From an uncultured bacterium (GTDB lineage: Bacteria > Chloroflexota > Anaerolineae > B4-G1): a stretch of DNA of 64,000 nucleotides. A model generated the notes under the pieces. It ran no database searches and was not told where the DNA came from. It saw only the letters and a program-made list of their open reading frames with translations. Numbering within the stretch: the first letter of the stretch is position 1; every line of letters starts with the position of its first letter. This document shows, one piece after another, positions 35,675 to 46,299 of this stretch. The position numbers and the translations under genes are program-made. The DNA is taken from NCBI GenBank assembly GCA_965612745.1, contig CBFDTD010000005.1, positions 498-64,497 on the forward strand, in the 5' to 3' direction.

Positions 35675-38600
35675 TTACGGCGCGGTAGGACACTCTACGT
35701 TTTCTACGCGGGTGTAGCCCTCTGGGACGAATCCGGCCAGCCGATACCAGCGCCCTTCAGGGGTATCCACGAAGTCTATCACGTTTACCTGCTGGCCGGC
35801 CTTGAGCAGGGCCAATCCGATGCCCCCGTCGCTGGGCCTGTCGCGCACCCAGCCGTTGTAGCGCATGGTACACACCACAGGCGTGGGCGTTGGTCTAGGG
35901 GTGGCAGTCGGCGTTGCCGTGGGAGTGGGGGTGGACGTCGGCGTTGCAGTCGGTGGTGATGGAGTGGGTGTGCGTGTGGGAGGCTGTGTCACCAGCACTT
36001 GCGTCGGAGTGAGCGTAGGCTCAACACCAGCCCCCGGTGCACCCGGGCCAAAGCCAAAAAACCAGATCAAGAAACCGATCAGCGCAACGCCCAGAGCGCC
36101 CAGGACATAGTACGGCCAGCGCGGTGGTGTGGATTCTTCCTCACGGATTTCTCTCTCGCAATCCAGTTTTCCTTTCCTGGCCTGTGGGTCACTGGGATTG
36201 AGCGCAAGAATCTCCTCATATCGCTCCTTCGCTGTGTGGAAATCCCAATCACGGTACAGTTGACGGGCCTCTTGGCGCAATTGGCGTATTCTATCCAAAT
36301 CGCTTTGTCTCCGCCGCGCATTCTCCTCGGCCCGAGCACGTCGTTCTCTTGCCCGTTGCTCGACCTCCCTAGCATCCTCCACCAGGACGCGAGCACGCGA
36401 TGTCTGCGGCGGCGTGGAGGTCGCGACTTGAAGGCGCTCAAGAGCAATGTCGTAACTGTGCACTGCCTCTTCCCACAGCCGGATGGCCCGCTCGTAATCC
36501 TCCTCGGTCTCCCGCTGCTCGTAAACCTGCAACGCTTCTTCCGCCTTCTTATCGGCCGCGGCGCAACCGGCCAGGCCATCAAGCAACGCATCGCCGATCG
36601 TATCCAGATTCGTCAGGTAGCCCTGCAACTGCCGCTGCTCCTCCAATAGCGGATCTTCCTGTGAGGGATCCATCCAGTCCCGCAAGCGATACAGGTTGTC
36701 GGCATCCAACCGCTTCAGTTCCCGGTTGGTCGCCAGGGTCGCCTCCAGCGCTTTCTTTCCCTCGGCGATAAACTGCCCGACCGTCACCTGGCTATCGCCA
36801 CTGAGCGGTGGGACCTCCTGGCGAATCTCCTGCCAGAGTTCACCGTATCTCCGCATCTTCTCCTGTACCAGGGCACGGGTACGCTTGTGCGTCTCCAGGC
36901 TGTTGCGCAGGTCAATCACCTCTCGGTTCTGGCCGAATATCGGATTGACCACGACCGCCTGCTCAAGTTCACCCGCCACCCGGCCATACTGACCATTCAA
37001 GTGCGCCTCTTCCAGCCAGCGCCTGGCATTGGCAAGACGCCTCCTCAAGTCCAGAATGTTCTGCCGATAGGACTCCAGGGCACGCAGGTGCTCCTTTGAG
37101 GTCAGTTGGCGTTCGGCTTCGGGAATCTTGCTCAGTTCATCAATCAGGAGTTCGCACTTCGAGGTTTCCAGATCCGGATTGTCGAGGGCGCGGGAGGCCC
37201 TGTACGTGAGTTCCTTCACCTGCTTGGCCAATTCACGGCGCACAGTGGCCAGACTTGTCCGCCGGGCAGGGGCGATCTTCTCCAGGATCTCGTAGATCTC
37301 CTTGGCCGTCCACAGATCACCAGCCTCCTCGGCAGCCTGTCCCTGTTTCAGCAATTGTTGAACGAGTTCCTCCCGCATCGCCTCGGCCGGCGCGAATCCG
37401 GGTTGGCGTTGCAACACAGCGTCCAACTCGGCTATAGCCTCAGCGATCTTATGACGACGGCGCAGTTCTGCCACCGACTCCATCTTGGTGCGGATTTCCT
37501 GAAGGCGATTGATGCGTTCGGTTACGCGCTCATCCTCTTCTGGAACCTCGCTCAGCACACCGATTACTGTGTCCAGATCAACTTCCTGTTCCTGTAACAA
37601 GCAGTCCGCTTCCGCCAGGGCCAGTTCCACCTGTAGCCGCTTCAGGTGCGCAGCAGTCTGCGGATCGGGCTTCAGCCTCACCGCCTCCTCCAGCGCCGTG
37701 ACCGCCTGGCCTAAGTGTTTGGAGCGTTCCCTACCCCGCGCCCAGCGAGCCAGCCGCTCCTCCTTCTGTGCCTGCCGGAGCAATTGCCGACAGCGTGCCT
37801 CAGCATACAGCCCGCGGACCTCAGCATCTCCCCACTCTTCCTGCAGTTTCTCCAGATCGCGGACGGCCTGCTCCAGTTGATCGGGAAGAGACACTTCCAA
37901 AAGTGTTTGAGTTCGCTTCAGACGCGAAATCCAATCCAGTCTTGTGCCGAGTTCCCGCACGTCGGGGTCGTCAATTTCATGAACCCGCAGTGTCTGCAAG
38001 ATCGTTCTGGCCTGCCGTAGATCACCCTCTTCCCGCCTGCTCAGGGCCTCCTGCGCCTCCTGCTTCAACTCCCGCACGGCATCGCGAAAGACCTCTCCCG
38101 CCTCCGCATGGTCGGGCTTTCTTTCGCGAACCTGGTTGGCCTTCATCAGCGCAATGATCCAATCGCCCTTCTCGACGGCCTCCCGCATATCCCGTAACAG
38201 GTCGTTGATTCTGGCCTGCTTGCCGGCTTGGCTGTTGGCCTCCCGTGCCAACTTCTGGTGGTGTTTCGAGGTCTGTTCGACACCCGGTAGGAGGCGAGCC
38301 CGTTCCAGTCTCCGCAGTGCCTCCTGGTAATCACCCTTGGACAGCAGGTCAGCAGCCTCACGTTCAAATGCCACGCCTTGCTCAGCCTTACCGCGGATGC
38401 TCTCGGCGATCGGATCGCCGGGACGACCGGCCAATACTTCCCCGGCTAGCCGCAGTGCCTCCTCAAACTCTCCATGCCTGAATGCTTCCTGGGCCTGAGA
38501 ACGGGTCTGATTGATCCGTTGGATGCCGGCCTCTCCCTCCTGCACCGATTGCAGCACCCGGCTCGCGCGCTCGGGGAATGCGTTCCTGGCATCATCGGCC

Positions 38601-40978
38601 AACTGGCGAATGCGCTCGAAGTCGGGTTCCGGGAGATTCAACAATCGTTCCGCTTCCTCGATCCATAATCGTGCCTCGCGCCGCTGCCTCAGCGCCGGCA
38701 GCAGTTCCTCTTTTCGTACTTTGACCCAGGTACTCTGGGGAATGATCTTCTCAATCTCGAGTAGGGTCTCCCATTCCTCCTCGATCCTCCCCTCGCCTTG
38801 TGCCCGACTGTGGCGTTCGAATAAAGGCTCCAGTTTCCTGACCCGCTCCAGCCCGGCTTTGGCCCGTTGATTATCCGGCTCGCTTGCTAATACTTCCCCG
38901 AAAGCGTCTCTCGCCCGGGGCAGGTCTCCACCGTTGAGGCTTTCGTCTGCACTGTCCAGTAGATCGCGCAGACGCACGGCGGCCGCGATCCGGTCACCCA
39001 GCGGGGTGAAGGATTCCCACCAGGGAGGTGTGGTCCAGCCGGCAGTCTGCTCGGGCGGCACAAACCGATCGTGCAGGTCCTTGAACTCTCGAAGGCGATC
39101 CGCGATGGGAATGGCCTGCCGCACAACCAGGTCGTAAGCCTCGTCCACCCTACCGGCCTTGAAGGCAGCCTCGGCCTGACGGTGCCACTCGGCCAATTGG
39201 GCATCCTGGGCACGCGCATAACGGCGCGTTGCCGCAGCGAGGTCTTCGTGAAGTCGGCGCAGGATGCCCACAACCTGACCGTTCCCCGGGCTATCCTGCC
39301 GGTCGCCCAACATATAGCGCACGTTGGGCGATAGGACGGAGAATTCGTCAAGCACCTGCCGATATCCCTGAACCGCGATCTCGTACTGTCCTGCTTCCAA
39401 GGATTGTTCGGCCTGCTGTATGCGTGGCTCCAGCGATATGTACTTATCCCTGGCCGTCCTGACGTCCTTAAGTTGCTCGTTTACAACTTCCAGCCGGTTA
39501 TGGAGCGCGGGAATGTCAAATCCCGACTTTCTCTCATCTGCTAGATAGGCAGTCCACTGAGTAAGAGCGTGGTCAAGAATGTGAATAGCCTGTTCGAAGT
39601 GTCCCCCTTGTACGTACTCATCAGCCTCTCCAATATGGTCCCGCAATTTGGTCGCGGCTTGACTGCGGAAAATCCTTTCTACGGCCCCGACTATGCTTTC
39701 ACCCGCAGGAAGAGCATAGAGACGAGGCAAATTAGCTCTCAGTTCCCCGGGTGTCTTATAGGGCAGGGCCTGAAGTCTGACTGTTGTAAGGACGGTTTCA
39801 GCTTCTTCCTGGTGTTCTTCTATATTGCTGATTGAGGCCATGAGGTCGGCATCATCGGGACTAAGTTCCAGAGCCCGCCTGAGTTTTTTCAAGGCCTTCT
39901 CGTAGTCCCCGGATATCAAGTCGGCCTTCGCCGTCTGCTTCAGCCGCTCGATCTCGCTCTGCACTTCCAGTTGGCGTCGGGCCTGGCTCAGCAGTCCCTG
40001 GGCGCGCTCATTAGAAGGGTCTAACCGGACAGCCTGCTCAAGGGCAGCAGCGGCGCCTGCCCAGTCTTTTTCCTCCAGTGCATCCTCGCCTTGCTTTACC
40101 AGAGCGGTGGCACGCTCTGCGCGTTCTTTAACAGCGGCAGCGGCTTGTTCCTGCCCCGTGGCGGCATCTTCGGCGAGGGCGGTGAGGCGGAGCGCCTCGG
40201 CCAGGTGATAGGCCTCAGTATACAGGTTCTTCGCCTCCTCTGGCCTGTCCCCTTCCAAAGCCTCTGCGGCATCCCTCAGAAGCACGCTCACTCGCTGTTG
40301 GTCTTGCTCACATCGTTCTATATCCTGCACCAATGCCGTGATTTCCTCATCTGCCGGCCACAGTTTCCGTGCCTGTCGGGCAAGATGCAACGCCTCTTCG
40401 TAGTCCGCTGCCTCCATTCGGGCGCGGGCCTGTTGAACGTAGCCAAGAGCATCGGCCCGACGCGCCGCCGATTCGTTCAGGCGGCGGGCGTGCTCGTTAA
40501 CCTCGGCCGTTGCTTCTTCGCTCTTGCCCGCGACATCCTCGGCCTCGTTGAGCAAGCGTTGTGCCTCGTCCAGGTCACCCCGTTGCAGCGCCTCATCGCT
40601 TTGCAGCAACAGTCCCCTCACCTGTGTGTCGGCCCGCTCCGCCCGTCTACTTCTCAGGCGTTCCTGTAATTCCCTCAGAGATCTGCCCTGCAGATCAAAC
40701 TCCAGGTCCAGGCTGAGTGCTTCTTGCACAAGCGGTAGCAGTGTTTCAATATCATCTTCATCCGTCTTGCCAATATCAATCAACAACTGAAAAGCCGGAG
40801 CCTCGTCTGAGGTGCCCAAGTGTCGCAGATAGCGGCTTGCTTCGCGATAGGCGTCGGAGCGCGGGGAGGCTGTGTCCTGAACCAGGCCAAATAGTCTGCG
40901 CGCTTCGGCGTATCTGCCGGCAGTAAAGGCTTCTTTGGCTTCCAGAATCATCTGAGGGATGTCCAGTTCCTCTGACAT
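35675..40978 (-). CDS. Giant TPR/helical protein with C-terminal TM, Pro/Thr linker and SH3-like domain
   Basis: Many TPR-like repeats (e.g. ALKKLRRALELSPDD); TM YYVLGALGVALIGFLIWFF; PT repeats; WVRDRP..GRWY. Confidence 0.82.
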   Translation of the reverse strand: MSEELDIPQMILEAKEAFTAGRYAEARRLFGLVQDTASPRSDAYREASRYLRHLGTSDEAPAFQLLIDIGKTDEDDIETLLPLVQEALSLDLEFDLQGRSLRELQERLRSRRAERADTQVRGLLLQSDEALQRGDLDEAQRLLNEAEDVAGKSEEATAEVNEHARRLNESAARRADALGYVQQARARMEAADYEEALHLARQARKLWPADEEITALVQDIERCEQDQQRVSVLLRDAAEALEGDRPEEAKNLYTEAYHLAEALRLTALAEDAATGQEQAAAAVKERAERATALVKQGEDALEEKDWAGAAAALEQAVRLDPSNERAQGLLSQARRQLEVQSEIERLKQTAKADLISGDYEKALKKLRRALELSPDDADLMASISNIEEHQEEAETVLTTVRLQALPYKTPGELRANLPRLYALPAGESIVGAVERIFRSQAATKLRDHIGEADEYVQGGHFEQAIHILDHALTQWTAYLADERKSGFDIPALHNRLEVVNEQLKDVRTARDKYISLEPRIQQAEQSLEAGQYEIAVQGYRQVLDEFSVLSPNVRYMLGDRQDSPGNGQVVGILRRLHEDLAAATRRYARAQDAQLAEWHRQAEAAFKAGRVDEAYDLVVRQAIPIADRLREFKDLHDRFVPPEQTAGWTTPPWWESFTPLGDRIAAAVRLRDLLDSADESLNGGDLPRARDAFGEVLASEPDNQRAKAGLERVRKLEPLFERHSRAQGEGRIEEEWETLLEIEKIIPQSTWVKVRKEELLPALRQRREARLWIEEAERLLNLPEPDFERIRQLADDARNAFPERASRVLQSVQEGEAGIQRINQTRSQAQEAFRHGEFEEALRLAGEVLAGRPGDPIAESIRGKAEQGVAFEREAADLLSKGDYQEALRRLERARLLPGVEQTSKHHQKLAREANSQAGKQARINDLLRDMREAVEKGDWIIALMKANQVRERKPDHAEAGEVFRDAVRELKQEAQEALSRREEGDLRQARTILQTLRVHEIDDPDVRELGTRLDWISRLKRTQTLLEVSLPDQLEQAVRDLEKLQEEWGDAEVRGLYAEARCRQLLRQAQKEERLARWARGRERSKHLGQAVTALEEAVRLKPDPQTAAHLKRLQVELALAEADCLLQEQEVDLDTVIGVLSEVPEEDERVTERINRLQEIRTKMESVAELRRRHKIAEAIAELDAVLQRQPGFAPAEAMREELVQQLLKQGQAAEEAGDLWTAKEIYEILEKIAPARRTSLATVRRELAKQVKELTYRASRALDNPDLETSKCELLIDELSKIPEAERQLTSKEHLRALESYRQNILDLRRRLANARRWLEEAHLNGQYGRVAGELEQAVVVNPIFGQNREVIDLRNSLETHKRTRALVQEKMRRYGELWQEIRQEVPPLSGDSQVTVGQFIAEGKKALEATLATNRELKRLDADNLYRLRDWMDPSQEDPLLEEQRQLQGYLTNLDTIGDALLDGLAGCAAADKKAEEALQVYEQRETEEDYERAIRLWEEAVHSYDIALERLQVATSTPPQTSRARVLVEDAREVEQRARERRARAEENARRRQSDLDRIRQLRQEARQLYRDWDFHTAKERYEEILALNPSDPQARKGKLDCEREIREEESTPPRWPYYVLGALGVALIGFLIWFFGFGPGAPGAGVEPTLTPTQVLVTQPPTRTPTPSPPTATPTSTPTPTATPTATPRPTPTPVVCTMRYNGWVRDRPSDGGIGLALLKAGQQVNVIDFVDTPEGRWYRLAGFVPEGYTRVENVECPTAP

Positions 40979-40988
40979 GACACATCTC

Positions 40989-43900
40989 CTATGGGAATTC
41001 AGTCACTTCGACGTGTTCGGTAACCGCTTTGCCTTTGCCATCCTGTGGCCTCAGGATCAGGTCAAACGTCACAGGTGGTTCCAGTAACCATCTTTCCCCC
41101 TCTTTTCGGGGTGCCACAGGGTAGTACGCCCATATCTCAAGATGGACGACCGGGCAATCCGGAGCGGACGGGTCCGGACACGGAGCCAGGGGATACTCTC
41201 TGGGGAACAGAGGCACGGGGCCGGTGGTTTCTGTGAGTTCAAGGGTATACGTCAATCCCGTTCCGGGTGACATAACGGTAAGAGAGAGGCGTTCCGTATT
41301 CGTGATGGGCTCAAATTCCACGCTGAACCGATCCGAAATCTCGCCCGTATTTCTGATTTCGTATCGCAGCCCAACGGCCTGGACATTCTTGGCAGGGTCA
41401 AAGAGATAAGTTATGGGCCTGGTCACCGTCAGGCCATAGTGTGGCTCGCGGACTACAAAGGGGTGCTCGTAAGGAAATCCGTCGAATGGTCGGGACTGGT
41501 CCGGTTCCCGTCCCCCCTGCTCGTCGGTGCGTAGCGGAAACACCGCTACGTGCCACTCTCCTGGAGCGCCTTCGTTCAGCGAACACGTAAACACCCCACG
41601 TCCACCGGCATTAACGGTTAATGTCGTACAGTCACCACGTCGTTTTCCATCGCCATCGTAGCAGGCTATACCGTATTGCCCTGTGATAGAGGGAGTAAAT
41701 GCTCCGCTGGCCTGCAAATGCACTTGTCGCACGTACTCCTCCTCGGCCCGATCCAGACTCCAACCCGTGATTTCCAGCTGCTCGGGTGGTGGAGTGACCT
41801 CTACTCTAACGATGGGATTATCCTGCCCTTCCACAACAAGCCTAAGCCAGACGCTCCGGTGTTCGGGCTCAGAAGCCGGCGGCTGATGTGGGACGACCAG
41901 CCGGAAGGTCCTGAGTTCCCTCGGGGCCAAAGTCACCCGGGGCCATCCCTCAAGCGGAGATGAGTTATCCCTCATCCAGAACACACCCCTGGGTATGTCC
42001 GACGTCGGGTGTATCTCAAAGGTTGCCGTCACCTCGCCTGTGTTTTCAATGCTGACCTGGTACCACACCACTGTGCCGGCCTCACGCAACTCGCCCTCAC
42101 CGACGGTCAGTTCACCTTGCGGGAACGGTGGCGGGGTCGGCGTTACGGTCGAGGGGGCGAATCGAACGGCAACCGCTTTTCGGACGTCAGGCGATACGGC
42201 GTAGACAACCGCGCTTCCCACAAACACAAATAGCAGAATCAATGTTGCAATGGAGGCAACAACCCCGCGGACGGCGGTCCGGCGCACCTGTTTCCAATCA
42301 TGCTCTGTGTTATAACCGCTGAACTCCTCTGCGGCGCGGCGTGCCGGTCTCAGCACTTTTCCGATATGGCCCTTCAACACGAGCAAAGTCTGCCTCACGA
42401 AACCCTTATCGGTGAACCTGCTCACCAGTCTGAGGAACTTGGTCTTGATCACACCTTCTAGAGCCTGCCGTAGTTCCTTCCACTGCGCCACAGGTACGCG
42501 GGCTAATTTCCGGGCGAATGTCTTTTTGTCACCTTCATCCAGGGCCTGGAAGGCCTGGTTTGCCACTTTCCTTAACTCAGTCGGTGCAGGCTCAGCAGCC
42601 GCATGATATCGTTTGTCCAGTTGTGCCAGAGCGGCATCCAGGCCCAGTGCATCCACCTGCTTTTCTGCCGCTGCCCCATCCCGAATAATCAGCGCGTCTT
42701 CCAGCACTTGTGCCAGCGGTTGCCCTTCCTTAAGACGGTCGAAAACCCGCTCCCAATACATCACCATTTGCTCAACCACGGCCCGTCCCAGTTCGCTGCG
42801 CCGGTCTTTCTCAGCCTCAAACCGATCGGCCAAGTCAGCTAGCCTCAGAGCATCCTTATATCGTTGCTGCTTCACCAACTTGGCTGCGTGTGCGTACGTG
42901 CACAGCCTCCGCTGACAATCCGTAAGGCCACAAGGTGCCAACAGCGAGATGAAACGCTTCCGATTCTCCAGCCCCGCTTCAAGCAGCAGGCCAAAAGCCT
43001 CTTCCGCCTGCGCGGGATCGAGATGTTCCAGATATTGATCGCTCAGCCAGGCCAAATCACGGACGGAGTTTTCAGCAGTTTCATGGACGAGCCACAACCC
43101 GGCCGAGACCTCCCCGGTTTTTTCGACTTGCTTATATGCGGCGACCCACAGGTGCTGAAGCAGGTGCCGGATCTCGTCACGCAATCCGGCCTGCGCCGGG
43201 CGATCGTTGGGCCAGGGCCCGGCGTACTCCCCCTTTTCCGCTGCCTCAGCCGCCCGGCGTGCATTTTTGTACCGCGCTGGAATCAGATCTTCGCGCCCCC
43301 GCCACAGATCCATCTCCGCCCGTAGAAGATGCGCTTGAGCGAGCGCCAGGTTGTATAGCGTGCGCACGCGGCGGCCCCATTCATTCAGCACTTGTTCGGA
43401 CTGCACACGGTTTTGTGGGAGCGATGGATCAACCCAGCGCTCCATCTCGACGGCAGGTCGTTCCACTTGCTCAACCGGTAGGATCTTATTCAGGCGAGCA
43501 AAGGTCTCCTGGTAATCCAACGCAGCATCGGCCTGAGCAATGTTTTGAAGCCATCCTCTCAGAGACTCGTTCAACACCATGTGGCTTCTGCGACGTTGCT
43601 CGTCCACGCTCCGATCCAACTTCCGGTGCAACTCAATCAACCGGGTGTCTCTCCACTTCTCCGGCACGGTATGGTCCCATCGCTCAAGTCTGGCGTCCAG
43701 ATCGTCGCACATGCGGATCGTCCGGGCAACGTCCTCCGGTGAGGCCGTCTCAGGGTCAGGCAGCCCGGCCAGTGCGGCCCCTATCTCTGCGAGAGCCGTG
43801 TAGGGGCGTACAGTCATCTTAAGTTCATCCCATACCCAGGCGGCCGCCCGGTTGAGTTCAGCCGTTGCTATGCCATAATCCGGCTCGGGATGGAGTAATG

Positions 43901-46280
43901 CACTCCGACCATGCCGGAAAGCATGGACTCCTTCTAAAACCTCACTATGACGCGGGTCATACCGGCAAGCCTCTTCCAATGCCATAGCGGCACGAGTCAG
44001 AGCCTCGTTAAGACCCAGATCCGTTCTTCGCATCCATTCAACGGCCTGGTCTAGCAAGTCACTTGCAACCTGTTCCCGTTTCTGATCGATTGGGTGGAAT
44101 TCCCTGCGTGTCTTCTCCTCCAGTCCTTCCTGCTCCTCCTGGGAGAGGCCGAACTTGCGCAGTTCCTTTAACGTATCATCGGCTGTCTTTATCGCTTTCG
44201 CGTAGAGGCCGTCGTCGGCCTGCTGTTTAACCAACGTGATACGACACTCCAACCATAAATCCGCGAGAGGGACACCGTCCGGAGTGTACCGGAACCGCTC
44301 GCGCAGCAGCGTGGATAGCACACCGGCCTGTTCCACAAGGTCGTTCGCTTGCCGAGCGGATTGTAGTGTCTCCAAGAGTTCCTCATATCTCTTAGCCTGG
44401 TTATTATACTGTTCAAGATGCTCCTTGGCCTCTGAATCGTCCCGGCAATGCTCAACTACTTGCTCAAGCAACTCAATGGCTGCTGAGAAGCGGTTTTGTT
44501 CTGCCAAACGCTGGCTGCGCTGTTTGAGTCGCTCGATAGCCACACTCCTAAGCACTCTCGAGACCTTGGTCTCGGTCACAGCGGCCAACAGTTCCAGCGC
44601 CCTCTCTGCCCTCTCTGCTTCGATGAACTCGGCAGCCTGCAACCATATCTCAAGCCCTTCGTCGCCCGATCTTTCGGCTTGCAGGTCACGGAGGAGTTTG
44701 ATAATGTCAGCAAGGCTACCCGTCTGGAGTGCCGGTTGCAATGCCTCTGAGAGTTGTTTTCTCAACCGCTCGACGTGCTCCGCCCGCCGTCGGTACCCAT
44801 CCACTTGTCGCTCCAAAGCCCCCATCCATTGCGTACCGTATGAGGCGGCGAGACTCGTCCCATCCTCCTGGCTATGCCAAAGATTCCTCAACCCTGCGAA
44901 TCCACCCCTAATAGCCTCGGCCTGCTTCACACTTGGCCGTTGGTCACCTGCACTCAACTGAGCCAATACATCTACCTCTGCCGCCAGGGCCCTCAGTTCT
45001 ATTACACGGGGATAGTCCTGCAGCACTTCTCTCAGTAGCGCCTGAGTCTGCTGATAATCCCCGCCTCGCAACGCTGTCAGGGCAGGTTCCATCCGTCGCC
45101 ACAACCCTGGTTTCCTCACGGCTGCACGGTGGGCCAGCCACGCCCAGCGGACTTCGGGATCCTCTTGATACTTGCGTCTGGCCCAGTTGAGAAAGGCAAG
45201 TGCCGCGTCGTGCTGACCGGCCTGGTACGTCCAGAGCACCTGGTGAACGGCCTGGTCGTACCGTTGCTGATCTTCGTCAGTCAAACCCGCTCCCAGTCCC
45301 CAAGCAAGATCGTAGCAGTTCAGACAGATGTCCGCTGTCTCCGTACGAGCGCGGGCCAGGAGTGATGAGACCGGTGCTCCCCACAGATCTATCTGCTCCT
45401 TGATACGATCGAAGACTTCAGATGCCAGTGCCATTGGGCGAGCGTCCGGCACATTACGCAGCAGAAAGGCGGTGATCAACGCACGTGTGCCATACGTCAA
45501 TCCGTCCCAGTGCGTAGCCACTCTATCGTCACCAATGCTTGAGCCATCCACGTCGAAAGAAGTGCCCTGAAACTCGATCAACGCGCCCGTGAACAAGCGG
45601 TAGAGCGTCTGTCCCAAGATGGGCACTGTCTGATTTCGGAAGTCCTCTGGGCGTTCCCCCACGGTATTCCAGTCTATGAGAATCAATGAACCAGTTCGGG
45701 CGTCGTAGAATATGCTATCCGATTTGACAGTATCTGTCAGGATGGTCTTGCGCAGTACCACTGCCCTTTTTATGAAGTCTGCCAGTTGGAGTCCGACGGT
45801 AAGCCCCTGTAGTTCATCATCAAAAGGCGGCACATTGGTCAGTTGAACTCCTGGCGCCCACTCCAGGATCAGGATCGGTAGCATCTCTACCTGCTCAGGG
45901 CCAGCGATTACTCCAACGGCCTGCACTCTCTCTCGTTCGCGAATCGAAAGGCCGCTCAACTTGCGCAGCTGCTCCGCTTCGCGAAGGATCTCCTGACCAT
46001 ACTGCGGTACTTTCGGCACTTTGATAGCCACCCATCGTCCGCCTGCGGGTTCTCCGGGTAGAGAGGCCGGGATCAGGGGGCTATCCCATTCGCTGCTCAG
46101 CAAGTCAAGATACTCCTCGGGGGGGCGACTGACCACTCCGACCTCCGGTCTCAAGGGTTCTCCTGTTGGCCACTGAAATGCCTTCCAGACGACCGACTTC
46201 ACACCCGTTGTTATCTTCTGAAAGAGCAAGTAGTAGTGGCCAACCAGGAAGATGGCACGTAGGCGTTGCTCTGTGGGCAT
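40989..46280 (-). CDS. Ser/Thr kinase-like domain + TPR/helical region + TM + extracellular Ig-like domains
   Basis: ITTGVKSVVWKA, WVAIKVP, REAEQL, ILEWAPG, LTDTVKSDS, LIDWN; TM GVVASIATLILLFVFVG; NTGE Ig-like motifs. Confidence 0.75.
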   Translation of the reverse strand: MPTEQRLRAIFLVGHYYLLFQKITTGVKSVVWKAFQWPTGEPLRPEVGVVSRPPEEYLDLLSSEWDSPLIPASLPGEPAGGRWVAIKVPKVPQYGQEILREAEQLRKLSGLSIRERERVQAVGVIAGPEQVEMLPILILEWAPGVQLTNVPPFDDELQGLTVGLQLADFIKRAVVLRKTILTDTVKSDSIFYDARTGSLILIDWNTVGERPEDFRNQTVPILGQTLYRLFTGALIEFQGTSFDVDGSSIGDDRVATHWDGLTYGTRALITAFLLRNVPDARPMALASEVFDRIKEQIDLWGAPVSSLLARARTETADICLNCYDLAWGLGAGLTDEDQQRYDQAVHQVLWTYQAGQHDAALAFLNWARRKYQEDPEVRWAWLAHRAAVRKPGLWRRMEPALTALRGGDYQQTQALLREVLQDYPRVIELRALAAEVDVLAQLSAGDQRPSVKQAEAIRGGFAGLRNLWHSQEDGTSLAASYGTQWMGALERQVDGYRRRAEHVERLRKQLSEALQPALQTGSLADIIKLLRDLQAERSGDEGLEIWLQAAEFIEAERAERALELLAAVTETKVSRVLRSVAIERLKQRSQRLAEQNRFSAAIELLEQVVEHCRDDSEAKEHLEQYNNQAKRYEELLETLQSARQANDLVEQAGVLSTLLRERFRYTPDGVPLADLWLECRITLVKQQADDGLYAKAIKTADDTLKELRKFGLSQEEQEGLEEKTRREFHPIDQKREQVASDLLDQAVEWMRRTDLGLNEALTRAAMALEEACRYDPRHSEVLEGVHAFRHGRSALLHPEPDYGIATAELNRAAAWVWDELKMTVRPYTALAEIGAALAGLPDPETASPEDVARTIRMCDDLDARLERWDHTVPEKWRDTRLIELHRKLDRSVDEQRRRSHMVLNESLRGWLQNIAQADAALDYQETFARLNKILPVEQVERPAVEMERWVDPSLPQNRVQSEQVLNEWGRRVRTLYNLALAQAHLLRAEMDLWRGREDLIPARYKNARRAAEAAEKGEYAGPWPNDRPAQAGLRDEIRHLLQHLWVAAYKQVEKTGEVSAGLWLVHETAENSVRDLAWLSDQYLEHLDPAQAEEAFGLLLEAGLENRKRFISLLAPCGLTDCQRRLCTYAHAAKLVKQQRYKDALRLADLADRFEAEKDRRSELGRAVVEQMVMYWERVFDRLKEGQPLAQVLEDALIIRDGAAAEKQVDALGLDAALAQLDKRYHAAAEPAPTELRKVANQAFQALDEGDKKTFARKLARVPVAQWKELRQALEGVIKTKFLRLVSRFTDKGFVRQTLLVLKGHIGKVLRPARRAAEEFSGYNTEHDWKQVRRTAVRGVVASIATLILLFVFVGSAVVYAVSPDVRKAVAVRFAPSTVTPTPPPFPQGELTVGEGELREAGTVVWYQVSIENTGEVTATFEIHPTSDIPRGVFWMRDNSSPLEGWPRVTLAPRELRTFRLVVPHQPPASEPEHRSVWLRLVVEGQDNPIVRVEVTPPPEQLEITGWSLDRAEEEYVRQVHLQASGAFTPSITGQYGIACYDGDGKRRGDCTTLTVNAGGRGVFTCSLNEGAPGEWHVAVFPLRTDEQGGREPDQSRPFDGFPYEHPFVVREPHYGLTVTRPITYLFDPAKNVQAVGLRYEIRNTGEISDRFSVEFEPITNTERLSLTVMSPGTGLTYTLELTETTGPVPLFPREYPLAPCPDPSAPDCPVVHLEIWAYYPVAPRKEGERWLLEPPVTFDLILRPQDGKGKAVTEHVEVTEFP

Positions 46281-46299
46281 ATGTCCTTACCTCCGAATA

